A stretch of 64,000 nt of DNA, taken from Pristiophorus japonicus. Its lineage: Eukaryota. The first letter of the stretch is position 1, and the number at the start of each line of letters is the position of its first letter. A program made the position numbers and the translations under genes. The stretch is taken from positions 124,001-188,000 of the forward strand of contig NW_027254532.1 of assembly GCF_044704955.1 (NCBI RefSeq), in the 5' to 3' direction. Below the pieces are notes generated by a model. It saw only the letters and a list, made by a program, of their open reading frames with translations. It did not search any database and had not been told where the DNA came from. Shown piece after piece: positions 38,201-53,200 of the stretch.

Positions 38201-41200
38201 CACACAGACTGTAGTGGGTCTGGAATGTACCCAATACACACACAGACTGTATTGTGTCTGGAATGTGTCCAACACACGCAGACTGTCGTGTGTCTGGAAT
38301 GTACCCAATACGCACAGACTGTAGTGTGTCGGGAATGTACCCAATTCACACAGACTGTAGTGGGTCTGGAATGTACCCAATACACACAGACTGTAGTTGG
38401 TCTGGAATGTGCCCAAAACACACAGACTGTAGTGTGTCTGGAATGTGCCCAATACATACAGACTGTCGTGGGTCTGCAATGTACCCAATACACACAGACT
38501 GTAGTGGGTCTGGAATGTACCCAATACACACAGACTATAGTGGATCTGGAATGTGCCCAATACACACAGACTGTCGTGGGTCTGGAATGTACCCAATATA
38601 CACAGACTGTAGTGTGTCTGGAATGTACACAATACACACAGACTGTCGTGGGTCTGCAATGTACCCAATACACACACACTGTAGTGGGTCTGGAATGTAC
38701 CCAATACACACAGACTGCAGTGGGTCTGGAATGTACCCAATACACACAGACTGTAGTGGGTCTGGAATGTGCCCAATACACACAGACTGTAGTGTGTCTG
38801 GAATGTGCCCAATACACACAGACTGTAGTGGGTCTGGAATGTACCAAATACACGCAGACTATAGTGGGTCTGAAATGTACCCAATACACCCAGACTGTAG
38901 TGGGTCTGGAATGTACCCAATACACGCAGACTATAGTGGGTCTGGAATGTACCCAATACACACAGACTGCAGTGGGTCTGGAATGTGCCCTATACACACA
39001 GACTGTAGTTGGTCTGGAATGTACCCAATACGCACAGACTGTAGTGTGTCGGGAATGTACCCAATACACACAGACTGTAGTGAGTCTGGAATTTACCCAA
39101 TACACACAGACTGTAGTTGGTCTGGAATGTGCCCAATAGACACAGACTGTAGTGTGTCTGGAATGTGCCCAATACATACAGACTGTCGTGGGTCTGCAAT
39201 GTACCCAATACACACAGACTGTAGTGGGTCTGGAATGTACCCAATACACACAGACTGTAGTGGGTCTGGAATGTGCCCAATACACACAGACTGTCGTGGG
39301 TCTGCAATGTACCCAATACACACAGACTGTAGTGGGTCTGGAATGTACCCAATACTCACAGACTGTAGAGGGTCTGGAATGTGCCCAATACACACAGACT
39401 GTCGTGGGTCTGCAATGTACCCAATACACACAGACTGTAGTTGGTCTGGAATGTGCCCAATACACACAGACTGTCGAGGGTCTGGAATGTGCCCAATACA
39501 TACAGACTGTCGTGGGTCTGGAATGTGTCCAATACACACAGACTGTAGTGGGTCTGGAATGTACCCAATACACACAGACTGTAGTGGGTCTGGAATGTAC
39601 CCAATACACACAGACTGTAGTGGATCTGGAATGTGCCCAATACACACAGACTGTCGTGGGTCTGCAATGTACCCAATACACACAGACTGTAGTGGGTCTG
39701 GAATGTACCCAATACACACAGACTGTAGTGGGTCTGGAATGTACCCAATACACACAGACTGTAGTGGGTCTGGAATGTGCCCAATACACACAGACTGTAG
39801 TGGGTCTGGAATGTACCCAATACACACAAACTGCAGTGGGTCTGGAATGTACCCAATACACACAGACTGTAGTGGGTCTGGAATGTACCCAATACACGCA
39901 GACGAAAGTGGGTCTGGAATGTACCCAATACACGCAGACTATAGTGGGTCTGAAATGTACCCAATACACACAGACTGTAGTGCGTCTGGAATGTACCCAA
40001 TACACGCAGACTAAAGTGGGTCTGGAATGTACCCAATACACACAGACTGTAATGGGTCTGAAATGTACCCAATACACACAGACTGCAGTGGGTCTGGAAT
40101 GTACCCAATACACAAACAGACTGTAGTGTGTCTGGAATGTGTCCAACACACACAGACTGTAGTGTGTCTGGAATGTACCCAATACACACAGACTGTAGTG
40201 GGTCTGGAATGTACGCAATACACACAGACTGTCGTGGATCTGGAATGTACCCAATACACACAGACTGTAGTGGGTCTGGAATGTACCCAATTCACACAGA
40301 CTGTAGTGGGTCTGGAATGTGCCCAATACACACAGACTGTAGTGGGTCTGGAATGTACCCAATACACACAGACTGCAGTGGGTCTGGAATGTACCCAATA
40401 CACACAGACTGTAGTGGGTCTGGAATGTACCCAATACACACAGACAATAGTGGGTCTGGAATGTACCCAATACACGCAGAATATAGTGGGTCTGAAATGT
40501 ACCCAATGCACACAGACTGTAGTGGGTCTGGAATCTACCCAATACATGCAGACTATAGTCGGTCTGGAATGTACCCAATACACACAGACTGCAGTGGGTC
40601 TGGAATGTGCCCAATACACAGAGACTGTAGTATGTCTGGAATGTGCCCAATACACACAGACTGTAGTGGGTCTGGAATGTACCCAATACAGACAAACTGC
40701 AGTGGGTCTGGAATGTACCCAATACACACAGACTGTAGTGGGTCTGGAATGTACCCAATACACGCAGACTATAGTGGGTCTGGAATGTACCCAATACACG
40801 CAGACTATAGTGGGTCTGAAATGTACCCAATACACACAGACTGTAGTGGGTCTGGAATGAACCCAATACACGCAGATTATAGTGGGTCTGGAATGTACCC
40901 AATACACACAGACTGTAGAGGGTCTGAAATGTACCCAATACACACAGACTGTAGTGGGTCTGGAATGTACCCAATACACACACAGACTGTAGTGGGTCTG
41001 GAATGTACCCAATACACACAGACTGTAGTGTGTCTAGAATGTGCCCAATACACACAGACTGCAGTGGGTCTGGAATTTATCCAATACACACAGACTTTAG
41101 TGGGTCTGGAATGTACCCACTAAACACAGACTGTAGTGGGTCTGGAATGTACCCAATACACACAGACTGTAGTGGGTCTGGAATGTACCCAATACACACA

Positions 41201-44200
41201 GACTGTAGTGGGTCTGGAATGTACCCAATACACGCAGACTGTAGTGGTTCTGGAATATACCCAATACACACACAGACTGTAGTGTGTCTGGAATGTGTCC
41301 AACACACACAGACTGTAGTGTGTCTGGAATGTACCCAATGCACACAGACTGTTGTGGGTCTGGAATGTACCCAATACACACAGAATGTAGTGGGTCTGGA
41401 ATGTACCCAATACGCACAGACTGTAGTGTGTCGGGAATGTACCCAATTCACACAGACTGTAGTGGGTCTGGAATGTACCCGATACACACAGACTGTAGTG
41501 GGTCTGGAATGTGCCCAATACACACAGACTACAGTGGGTCTGGAATGTGCCCAAGACACACAGAATGCAGTGGGTCTGGAACGTACCCAATACACACAGA
41601 CTGTAGTGTGTCGGGAATGTACCCAATACACACAGACTGTAGTGGGTCTGGAATTTACCCAATACACACAGACTGTAGTTGGTCTGGAATGTGCCCAATA
41701 CACACAGACTGTAGTGTGTCTGGAATGTGCCGAATACATACAGACTGTCGTGGGTCTTCAATGTACACAATACACACAGACTGTAGTGGGTCTGGCATGT
41801 ACCCAATACACACAGACTGTAGTGGGTCTGGAATGTACCCAATACACACAGACTGTAGTGGGTCTGGAATGTACCCAATACACGCAAACTATAGTGGGTC
41901 TGGAATCTACCCAATACACACAGACTGTAGTGGGTCTGGAATGTACACAATACACACAGACTGTAGTGGGTCTGGAATGTACCCAATACACACAGACTGT
42001 CGTGGGTCTGGAATGTACCCAATACACACAGACTGTAGTGGGTCTGGAATGTACCCAATACACACACAGACTGTATTGTGTCTGGAATGTGTCCAACACA
42101 CGCAGACTGTCGTGTGTCTGGAATGTACCCAATACGCACAGACTGTAGTGTGTCGGGAATGTACCCAATTCACACAGACTGTAGTGGGTCTGGAATGTAC
42201 CCAATACACACAGACTGTAGTTGGTCTGGAATTTGCCCAAAACACACTGACTGTAGTGTGTCTGGAATGTGCCCAATACATACAGACTGTCGTGGGTCTG
42301 CAATGTACCCAATACACACAGACTGTAGTGGGTCTGGAATGTACCCAATACACACAGACTATAGTGGATCTGGAATGTGCCCAATACACACAGACTGTCG
42401 TGGGTCTGGAATGTACCCAATATACACAGACTGTAGTGTGTCTGGAATGTATACAATACACACAGACTGTCGTGGGTCTGCAATGTACCCAATACACACA
42501 GACTGTAGTGGGTCTGGAATGTACCCAATATACACAGACTGTAGTGGGTCTGGAATGTACCCAATACACACAGACTGTAGTGGGTCTGGAATGTGCCCAA
42601 TACACACAGACTGTAGTGTGTCTGGAATGTGCCCAATACACACAGACTGTAGTGGGTCTGGAATGTACCCAATACACACAGACTGTAGTGGGTCTGGAAT
42701 GTACCCAATACATACAGACTGTAGTGGGTCTGGAATGTAACCAATACACGCAGACTATAGTGGGTCTGGAATGTACCCAATACACGCAGACTATAGTGGG
42801 TCTGAAATGTACCCAATACACCCAGACTGTAGTGGGTCTGGAATGTACCCAATACACGCAGACTATAGTGGGTCTGGAATGTACCCAATACACACAGACT
42901 GCAGTGGGTCTGGAATGTGCCCAATACACACAGACTGTAGTTGGTCTGGAATGTACCCAATACGCACAGACTGTAGTGTGTCGGGAATGTACCCAATACA
43001 CACAGACTGTAGTGGGTCTGGAATTTACCCAATACACACAGACTGTAGTTGGTCTGGAATGTGCCCAATAGACACAGACTGTAGTGTGTCTGGAATGTGC
43101 CCAATACATACAGACTGTCGTGGGTCTGCAATGTACCCAATACACACAGACTGTAGTGGGTCTGGAATGTACCCAATACACACAGACTGTAGTGGGTCTG
43201 GAATGTGCCCAATACACACAGACCGTCGTGGGTCTGCAATGTACCCAATTCACACAGACTGTAGTGGGTCTGGAATGTACCCAATACACACAGACTGTAG
43301 TGGGTCTGGAATGTACCCAATACACACAGACTGTAGTGTATCTGGAATGTGCCCAATACACACAGACTGTAGTGGGTCTGGAATGTACCCAATACACGCA
43401 AACTATCGTGGGTCTGGAATGTACCCAATACATGCAGACTTTCGTGGGTCTGAAATGTACCCAATACACACAGACTGTAGTGGGTCTGGAATGTACCCAA
43501 TACACACAGACTGTAGTGGGTCTGGTATGTACCCAATACACACAGACTGTAGTGGGTCTGGAATGTACCCAATACTCACAGACTGTAGAGGGTCTGGAAT
43601 GTGCCCAATACACACAGACTGTCATGGGTCTGCAATGTACCCAATACACACAGACTGCAGTTGGTCTGGAATGTGCCCAATACACACAGACTGTCGAGGG
43701 TCTGGAATGTGCCCAATAAATACAGACTGTCGTGGGTCTGGAATGTGTCCAATACACACAGACTGTAGTGGGTCTGGAATGTACCCAATACACACAGACT
43801 GTAGTGGGTCTGGAATGTACCCAATACACACAGACTGTAGTGGATCTGGAATGTGCCCAATACACACAGACTGTCGTGGGTCTGCAATGTACCCAATACA
43901 CACAGACTGTAGTGGGTCTGGAATGTACCCAATACACACAGACTGTAGTGGGTCTGGAATGTACCCAATACACACAGACTGTAGTGGGTCTGGAATGTGC
44001 CCAATACACACAGACTGTAGTGGGTCTGGAATGTACCCAATACACACAAACTGCAGTGGGTCTGGAATGTACCCAATACACAGAGACTGTAGTGGGTCTG
44101 GAATGTACCCAATACACGCAGACGAAAGTGGGTCTGGAATGTACCCAATACACGCAGACTATAGTGGGTCTGAAATGTACCCAATACACACAGACTGTAG

Positions 44201-47200
44201 TGGGTCTGGAATGTACCCAATACACGCAGACTAAAGTGGGTCTGGAATGTACCCAATAAACACAGACTGTAATGGGTCTGAAATGTACCCAATACACACA
44301 GACTGTAGTGGGTCTGGAATGTACCCAATACACAAACAGACTGTAGTGTGTCTGGAATGTGTCCAACACACACAGACTGTAGTGTGTCTGGAATGTACCC
44401 AATACACACAGACTGTAGTGGGTCTGGAATGTACGCAATACACACAGACTGTAGTGGATCTGGAATGTACCCAATACACACAGACTGTAGTGGGTCTGGA
44501 ATGTACCCAATTCACACAGACTGTAGTGGGTCTGGAATGTGCCCAATACACACAGATTATAGTGGGTCTGGAATGTACCCAATACACACAGACTGCAGTG
44601 GGTCTGGAATGTACCCAATACACACAGACTGTAGTGGGTCTGGAATGTACCCAATACACACAGACTATAGTGGGTCTGGAATGTACCCAATACACGCAGA
44701 CTATAGTGGGTCTGAAATGTACCCAATGCACACAGACTGTAGTGGGTCTGGAATGTACCCAATACATGCAGACTGTAGTCGGTCTGGAATGTATGCAATA
44801 CACACAGACTGTCGTGGGTCTGCAATGTACCCAATGCACACAGACTGTAGTGGGTCTGGAATGTACCCAATACACACACAGACTGTAGTGTGTCTGGAAT
44901 GTGTCCAACACACACAGACTGTAGTGTGTCTGGAATGTACCCAATACACACAGACTGTCGTGGGTCTGGAATGTACCCAATACACACAGACTGTAGTGGA
45001 TCTGGAATGTACCCAATACACACAGACTGTAGTGTATCTGGAATGTGCCCAATACACACAGACTGTAGTGGGTCTGGAATGTACCCAATACACGCAAACT
45101 ATCGTGGGTCTGGAATGTACCCAATACATGCAGACTTTCGTGGGTCTGAAATGTATCCAATACACACAGACTGTAGTTGGTCTGGAATGTGCCCAATACA
45201 CACAGACTGTCGAGGGTCTGGAATGTGCCCAATACATACAGACTGTCGTGGGTCTGGAATGTGTCCAATACACACAGACTGTAGTGGGTCTGGAATGTAC
45301 CCAATACACACAGACTGTAGTGGGTCTGGAATGTACCCAATACACACAGACTGTAGTGTATCTGGAATGTGCCCAATACACACAGACTGTAGTGGGTCTG
45401 GAATGTACCCAATACACGCAAACTATCGTGGGTCTGGAATGTACCCAATACATGCAGACTTTCGTGGGTCTGAAATGTATCCAATACACACAGACTGTAG
45501 TGGGTCTGGAATGTACCCAATACACACAGACTGTAGTTGGTCTGGAATGTGCCCAATACACACAGACTGTCGAGGGTCTGGAATGTGCCCAATACATACA
45601 GACTGTCGTGGGTCTGGAATGTGTCCAATACACACAGACTGTAGTGGGTCTGGAATGTACCCAATACACACAGACTGTAGTGGGTCTGGAATGTACCCAA
45701 TACACACAGACTGTAGTGGATCTGGAATGTGCCCAATACACACAGACTGTCGTGGGTCTGCAATGTACCCAATACACACAGACTGTAGTGGGTCTGGAAT
45801 GTACCCAATACACACAGACTGTAGTGGGTCTGGAATGTACCCAATACACACAGACTGTAGTGGGTCTGGAATGTGCCCAATACACACAGACTGTAGTGGG
45901 TCTGGGATGTACCCAATACACACAAACTGCAGTGGGTCTGGAATGTACCCAATACAGACAGACTGTAGTGGGTCTGGAATGTACCCAATACACGCAGACG
46001 AAAGTGGGTCTGGAATGTACCCAATACACGCAGACTATAGTGGGTCTGAAATGTACCCAATACACACAGACTGTAGTGGGTCTGGAATGTACCCAATACA
46101 CGCAGACTAAAGTGGGTCTGGAATGTACCCAATACACACAGACTGTAATGGGTCTGAAATGTACCCAATACACACAGACTGTAGTGGGTCTGGAATGTAC
46201 CCAATACACAAACAGACTGTAGTGTGTCTGGAATGTGTCCAACACACACAGACTGTAGTGTGTCTGGAATGTACCCAATACACACAGACTGTAGTGGGTC
46301 TGGAATTTACGCAATACACACAGACTGTAGTGGATCTGGAATGTACCCAATACATACAGACTGTAGTGGGTCTGGAATGTACCCAATTCACACAGACTGT
46401 AGTGGGTCTGGAATGTGCCCAATACACACAGACTGTAGTGGGTCTGGAATGTACCCAATACACACAGACTGCAGTGGGTCTGGAATGTACCCAATACACA
46501 CAGACTGTAGTGGGTCTGGAATGTACCCAATAACACAGACTATAGTGGGTCTGGAATGTACCCAATACACGCAGACTATAGTGGGTCTGAAATGTACCCA
46601 ATGCACACAGACTGTAGTGGGTCTGGAATGTACCCAATACATGCAGACTATAGTCGGTCTGGAATGTACCCAATACACACAGACTGTAGTGGGTCTGGAA
46701 TGTACCCAATACACACACAGACTGTAGTGTGTCTGGAATGTGTCCAACACACACAGACTGTAGTGTGTCTGGAATGTACCCAATACACACAGACTGTAGT
46801 GTGTCTGGAATGTACCCAATACACACAGACTGTAGTGGATCTGGAATGTACCCAATACACACAGACTGTAGTGGGTCTGGAATGTACTCAATACACACAG
46901 ACTGTAGTGGGTCTGGAATGTATGCAATACACACAGACTGTCGTGGGTCTGCAATGTACCCAATGCACACAGATTGTAGTGGGTCTGGAATGTACCCAAT
47001 ACACACACAGACTGTAGTGTGTCTGGAATGTGTCCAACACACACAGACTGTAGTGTGTCTGGAATGCACCCAATACACACAGACTATCGTGGGTCTGGAA
47101 TGTACCCAATACACACAGACTGTAGTGGATCTGGAATGTACCCAATACACACAGACTGTAGTGTATCTGGAATGTGCCCAATACACACAGACTGTAGTGG

Positions 47201-50200
47201 GTCTGGAATGTACCCAATACACGCAAAGTATCGTGGGTCTGGAATGTACCCAATACATGCAGACTTTCGTGGGTCTGAAATGTACCCAATACACACAGAC
47301 TGTAGAGGTTCTGAAATGTACCCAATACACACAGACTGTAGTGGGTCTGGAATGTGCCCAATACACACACAGACTGTAGTGGGTCTGGAATGTACCCAAT
47401 ACACACAGACTGCAGTGGGTCTGGAATGTGCCCAATACACAGAGACTGTAGTGTGTCTGTAATGTGCCCAATACACACAGACTGTAGTGGGTCTGGAATG
47501 TACCCAATACAGACAAACTGCAGTGGGTCCGGAATGTACCCAATACACACAGACTGTAGTGGGTCTGGAATGTACCCAATACACGCAGACTATAGTGGGT
47601 CTGGAATGTACCCAATACACGCAGACTATAGTGGGTCTGAAATGTACCCAATACACACAGACTGTAGTGAATCTGGAATGTACCCAATACACACAGACTG
47701 TAGTGGGTCTGGAATGTACCCAATACACACAGACTGTAGTGGGTCTGGAATGTACCCAGTACACACAGACTGCAGTGGGTCTGGAATGTACCCAATATAC
47801 ACAGACTTCAGTGGGTCTGGAATGTATACAATACACACAGACTGTAGTGGGTCTGGAATGTGCCCAATACACACAGACTGTAGTGGGTCTGGAATGTGCC
47901 CAATACATACAGACTGTCGTGGGTCTGGAATGTGCCCAATACACACAGACTGTAGTGGGTCTGGAATGTACCCAATACACACAGATTGTAGTGGGTCTGG
48001 AATGTACCCAATACACACAGACTGTAGTGGATCTGGAATGTGCCCAATACACACAGACTGTCGTGGGTCTGCAATGTACCCAATACACACAGACTGTAGT
48101 GGGTCTGGAATGTACCCAATACACACAGACTGTAGTGGGTCTGGAATGTACCCAATACACACAGACTGCAGTGGGTCTGGAATGTGCCCAATACACAGAG
48201 ACTGTAGTGTGTCTGGAATGTGCCCAATACACACAGACTGTAGTGGGTCTGGAATGTACCCAATACACACAAACTGCAGTGGGTCTGGAATGTACCCAAT
48301 ACACACAGACTGTAGTGGGTCTGGAATGTACCCAATACACGCAGACTATAGTGGGTCTGGAATGTACCCAATACACGCAGACTATAGTGGGTCTGAAATG
48401 TACCCAATACACACAGACTGTAGTGGGTCTGGAATGTACCCAATACACGCAGATTATAGTGGGTCTGGAATGTACCCAATACACACAGACTGTAGAGGGT
48501 CTGAAATGTACCCAATACACACAGACTGTAGTGGGTCTGGAATGTACCCAATACACACACAGACTGTAGTGGGTCTGAAATGTACCCAATACACACAGAC
48601 TGCAGTGGGTCTGGAATGTGCCCAATACACAGAGACTGTAGTGTGTCTGGAATGTGCCCAATACACACAGACTGTAGTGGGTCTGGAATATACCCAATAC
48701 AGACAAACTGCAGTGGGTCTGGAATGTACCCAGTACACACAGACTGCAGTGGGTCTGGAATGTACCCAATATACACAGACTTTAGTGGGTCTGGAATGTA
48801 TACAATACACACAGACTGTCGTGGGTCTGCAATGTACCCAATACACACAGAGTGTAGTGGGTCTGGAATGTACCCAATACACACAGACTGTAGTGGGTCT
48901 GGAATGTACCCAATACACACAGACTGGAGTGGGTCTGGAATGTGCCCAATACACACAGACTGTAGTGTGTCTAGAATGTGCCCAATACACACAGACTGTA
49001 GTGGGTCTGGAATTTATCCAATACAATCAGACTTTAGTGGGTCTGGAATGTACCCAATAAACACAGACTGTAGTGGGTCTGGAATGTACCCAATACACAC
49101 AGACTGTTGTGGGTCTGGAATGTACCCAATACACACAGACTGTAGTGGGTCTGGAATGTACCCAATACACACAGACTGTAGTGGTTCTGGAATGTACCCA
49201 ATACACACACAGACTGTAGTGTGTCTGGAATGTGTCCAACACACACAGACTGTAGTGTGTCTGGAATGTACCCAATGCACACAGACTGTAGTGGGTCTGG
49301 AATGTACCCAATACACACAGAATGTAGTGGGTCTGGAATGTACCCAATACGCACAGACTGTAGTGTGTCGGGAATGTACCCAATTCACACAGACTGTAGT
49401 GGGTCTGGAATGTACCCGATACACACAGACTGTAGTGGGTCTGGAATGTGCCCAATACACACAGACTACAGTGGGTCTGGAATGTGCCCAATACACACAG
49501 AATGCAGTGGGTCTGGAACGTACCCAATACACACAGACTGTAGTGTGTCGGGAATGTACCCAATACACACAGACTGTAGTGGGTCTGGAATTTACCCAAT
49601 ACACACAGACTGTAGTGTGTCTGGAATGTGTCCAACACACACAGACTGTAGTGTGTCTGGAATGTAACAAATACACACAGACTATAGTGTGTCTGGAATG
49701 TACCCAATACACACAGACTGTAGTGGATCTGGAATGTACCCAATACACACAGACTGTAGTGGGTCTGGAATGTACTCAATACACACAGACTGTATTGGGT
49801 CTGGAATGTACCCAATATACACAGACTGTAGTGGGTCTGGAATGTATGCAATACACACAGACTGTCGTGGGTCTGCAATGTACCCAATGCACACAGACTG
49901 TAGTGGGTCTGGAATGTACCCAATACACACACAGACTGTAGTGTGTCTGGAATGTGTCCAACACACACAGACTGTAGTGTGTCTGGAATGTACACAATAC
50001 ACACAGACTGTCATGGGTCTGGAATGTACCCAATACACACAGACTGTAGTGGATCTGGAATGTACCCAATACACACAGACTGTAGTGTATCTGGAATGTG
50101 CCCAATACACACAGACTGTAGTGGGTCTGGAATGTACCCAATACACGCAAACTATCGTGGGTCTGGAATGTACCCAATACATGCAGACTTTCGTGGGTCT

Positions 50201-53200
50201 GAAATGTACCCAATACACACAGACTGTAGTGGGTCTGGAATGTACCCAATACAGACAGACTGTAGTTGGTCTGGAATGTGCCCAATACACACAGACTGTC
50301 GAGGGTCTGGAATGTGCCCAATACATACAGACTGTCGTGGGTCTGGAATGTGTCCAATACACACAGACTGTAGTGGGTCTGGAATGTACCCAATACACAC
50401 AGACTGTAGTGGGTCTGGAATGTACACAATACACACAGACTGTAGTGGATCTGGAATGTGCCCAATACACACAGACTGTCGTGGGTCTGCAATGTACCCA
50501 ATACACACAGACTGTAGTGGGTCTGAAATGTACCCAATACACACAGACTGTAGTGGGTCTGGAATGTACCCAATACACACAGACTGTAGTGGGTCTGGAA
50601 TGTGCCCAATACACACAGACTGTAGTGGGTCTGGAATGTACCCAATACACACAAACTGCAGTGGGTCTGGAATGTACCCAATACACACAGACTGTAGTGG
50701 GTCTGGAATGTACCCAATACACGCAGACGAAAGTGGGTCTGGAATGTACCCAATACACGCAGACTATAGTGGGTCTGATATGTACCCAATACACACAGAC
50801 TGTAGTGGGTCTGGAATGTACCCAATACACACAGACTGTAGTGGGTCTGGAATGTACCCAATACACACAGACTGTAGTGGATCTGGAATGTGCCCAATAC
50901 ACACAGACTGTCGTGGGTCTGCAATGTACCCAATACACACAGACTGTAGTGGGTCTGAAATGTACCCAATACACACAGACTGTAGTGGGTCTGGAATGTA
51001 CCCAATACACACAGACTGTAGTGGGTCTGGAATGTGCCCAATACACAGAGACTGTAGTGGGTCTGGAATGTACCCAATACACGCAGACTATAGTGGGTCT
51101 GAAATGTACCCAATACACACAGACTGTAGTGGGTCTGGAATGTACCCAATACACGCAGACTAAAGTGGGTCTGGAATGAACCCAATACACACAGACTGTA
51201 ATGGGTCTGAAATGTACCCAATACACACAGACTGTAGTGGGTCTGGAATGTACCCAATACACAAACAGACTGTAGTGTGTCTGGAATGTGTCCAACACAC
51301 ACAGACTGTAGTGTGTCTGGAATGTACCCAATACACACAGACTGTAGTGGGTCTGGAATGTACGCAATACACACAGACTGTAGTGGATCTGGAATGTACC
51401 CAATACACACAGACTGTAGTGGGTCTGGAATGTACCCAATTCACACAGACTGTAGTGGGTCTGGAATGTGCCCAATACACACAGACTGTAGTGGGTCTGG
51501 AATGTACCCAATACACACAGACTGCAGTGGGTCTGGAATGTACCCAATACACACAGACTGCAGTGGGTCTGGAATGTACCCAATACACACAGACTGTAGT
51601 GGGTCTGGAATGTACCCAATACACACAGACTATAGTGGGTCTGGAATGTACCCAATACACGCAGACTATAGTGGGTCTGAAATGTACTCAATGCACACAG
51701 ACTGTAGTGGGTCTGGAATGTACCCAATACATGCAGACTATAGTCGGTCTGGAATGTGTCCAATACACACAGACTGTAGTGGGTCTGGAATGTACCCAAT
51801 ACACACAGACTGTAGTGGGTCTGGAATGTACCCAATACACACAGACTGTAGTGGATCTGGAATGTGCCCAATACACACAGACTGTCGTGGGTCTGCAATG
51901 TACCCAATACACACAGACTGTAGTGGGTCTGAAATGTACCCAATACACACAGACTGTAGTGGGTCTGGAATGTACCCAATACACACAGACTGTAGTGGGT
52001 CTGGAATGTGCCCAATACACACAGACTGTAGTGGGTCTGGAATGTACCCAATACACACAAACTGCAGTGGGTCTGGAATGTACCCAATACACACAGACTG
52101 TAGTGGGTCTGGAATGTACCCAATACACGCAGACGAAAGTGGGTCTGGAATGTACCCAATACACGCAGACTATAGTGGGTCTGAAATGTACCCAATACAC
52201 ACAGACTGTAGTGGGTCTGGAATGTACCCAATACACACAGACTGTAGTGGGTCTGGAATGTACCCAATACACACAGACTGTAGTGGATCTGGAATGTGCC
52301 CAATACACACAGACTGTCGTGGGTCTGCAATGTACCCAATACACACAGACTGTAGTGGGTCTGAAATGTACCCAATACACACAGACTGTAGTGGGTCTGG
52401 AATGTACCCAATACACACAGACTGTAGTGGGTCTGGAATGTGCCCAATACACACAGACTGTAGTGGGTCTGGAATGTACCCAATACACACAAACTGCAGT
52501 GGGTCTGGAATGTACCCAATACACACAGACTGTAGTGGGTCTGGAATGTACCCAATACACGCAGACGAAAGTGGGTCTGGAATGTACCCAATACACGCAG
52601 ACTATAGTGGGTCTGAAATGTACCCAATACACACAGACTGTAGTGGGTCTGGAATGTACCCAATACACGCAGACTAAAGTGGGTCTGGAATGAACCCAAT
52701 ACACACAGACTGTAATGGGTCTGAAATGTACCCAATACACACAGACTGTAGTGGGTCTGGAATGTACCCAATACACAAACAGACTGTAGTGTGTCTGGAA
52801 TGTGTCCAACACACACAGACTGTAGTGTGTCTGGAATGTACCCAATACACACAGACTGTAGTGGGTCTGGAATGTACGCAATACACACAGACTGTAGTGG
52901 ATCTGGAATGTACCCAATACACACAGACTGTAGTGGGTCTGGAATGTACCCAATTCACACAGACTGTAGTGGGTCTGGAATGTGCCCAATACACACAGAC
53001 TGTAGTGGGTCTGGAATGTACCCAATACACACAGACTGCAGTGGGTCTGGAATGTACCCAATACACACAGACTGTAGTGGGTCTGGAATGTACCCAATAC
53101 ACACAGACTATAGTGGGTCTGGAATGTACCCAATACACGCAGACTATAGTGGGTCTGAAATGTACTCAATGCACACAGACTGTAGTGGGTCTGGAATGTA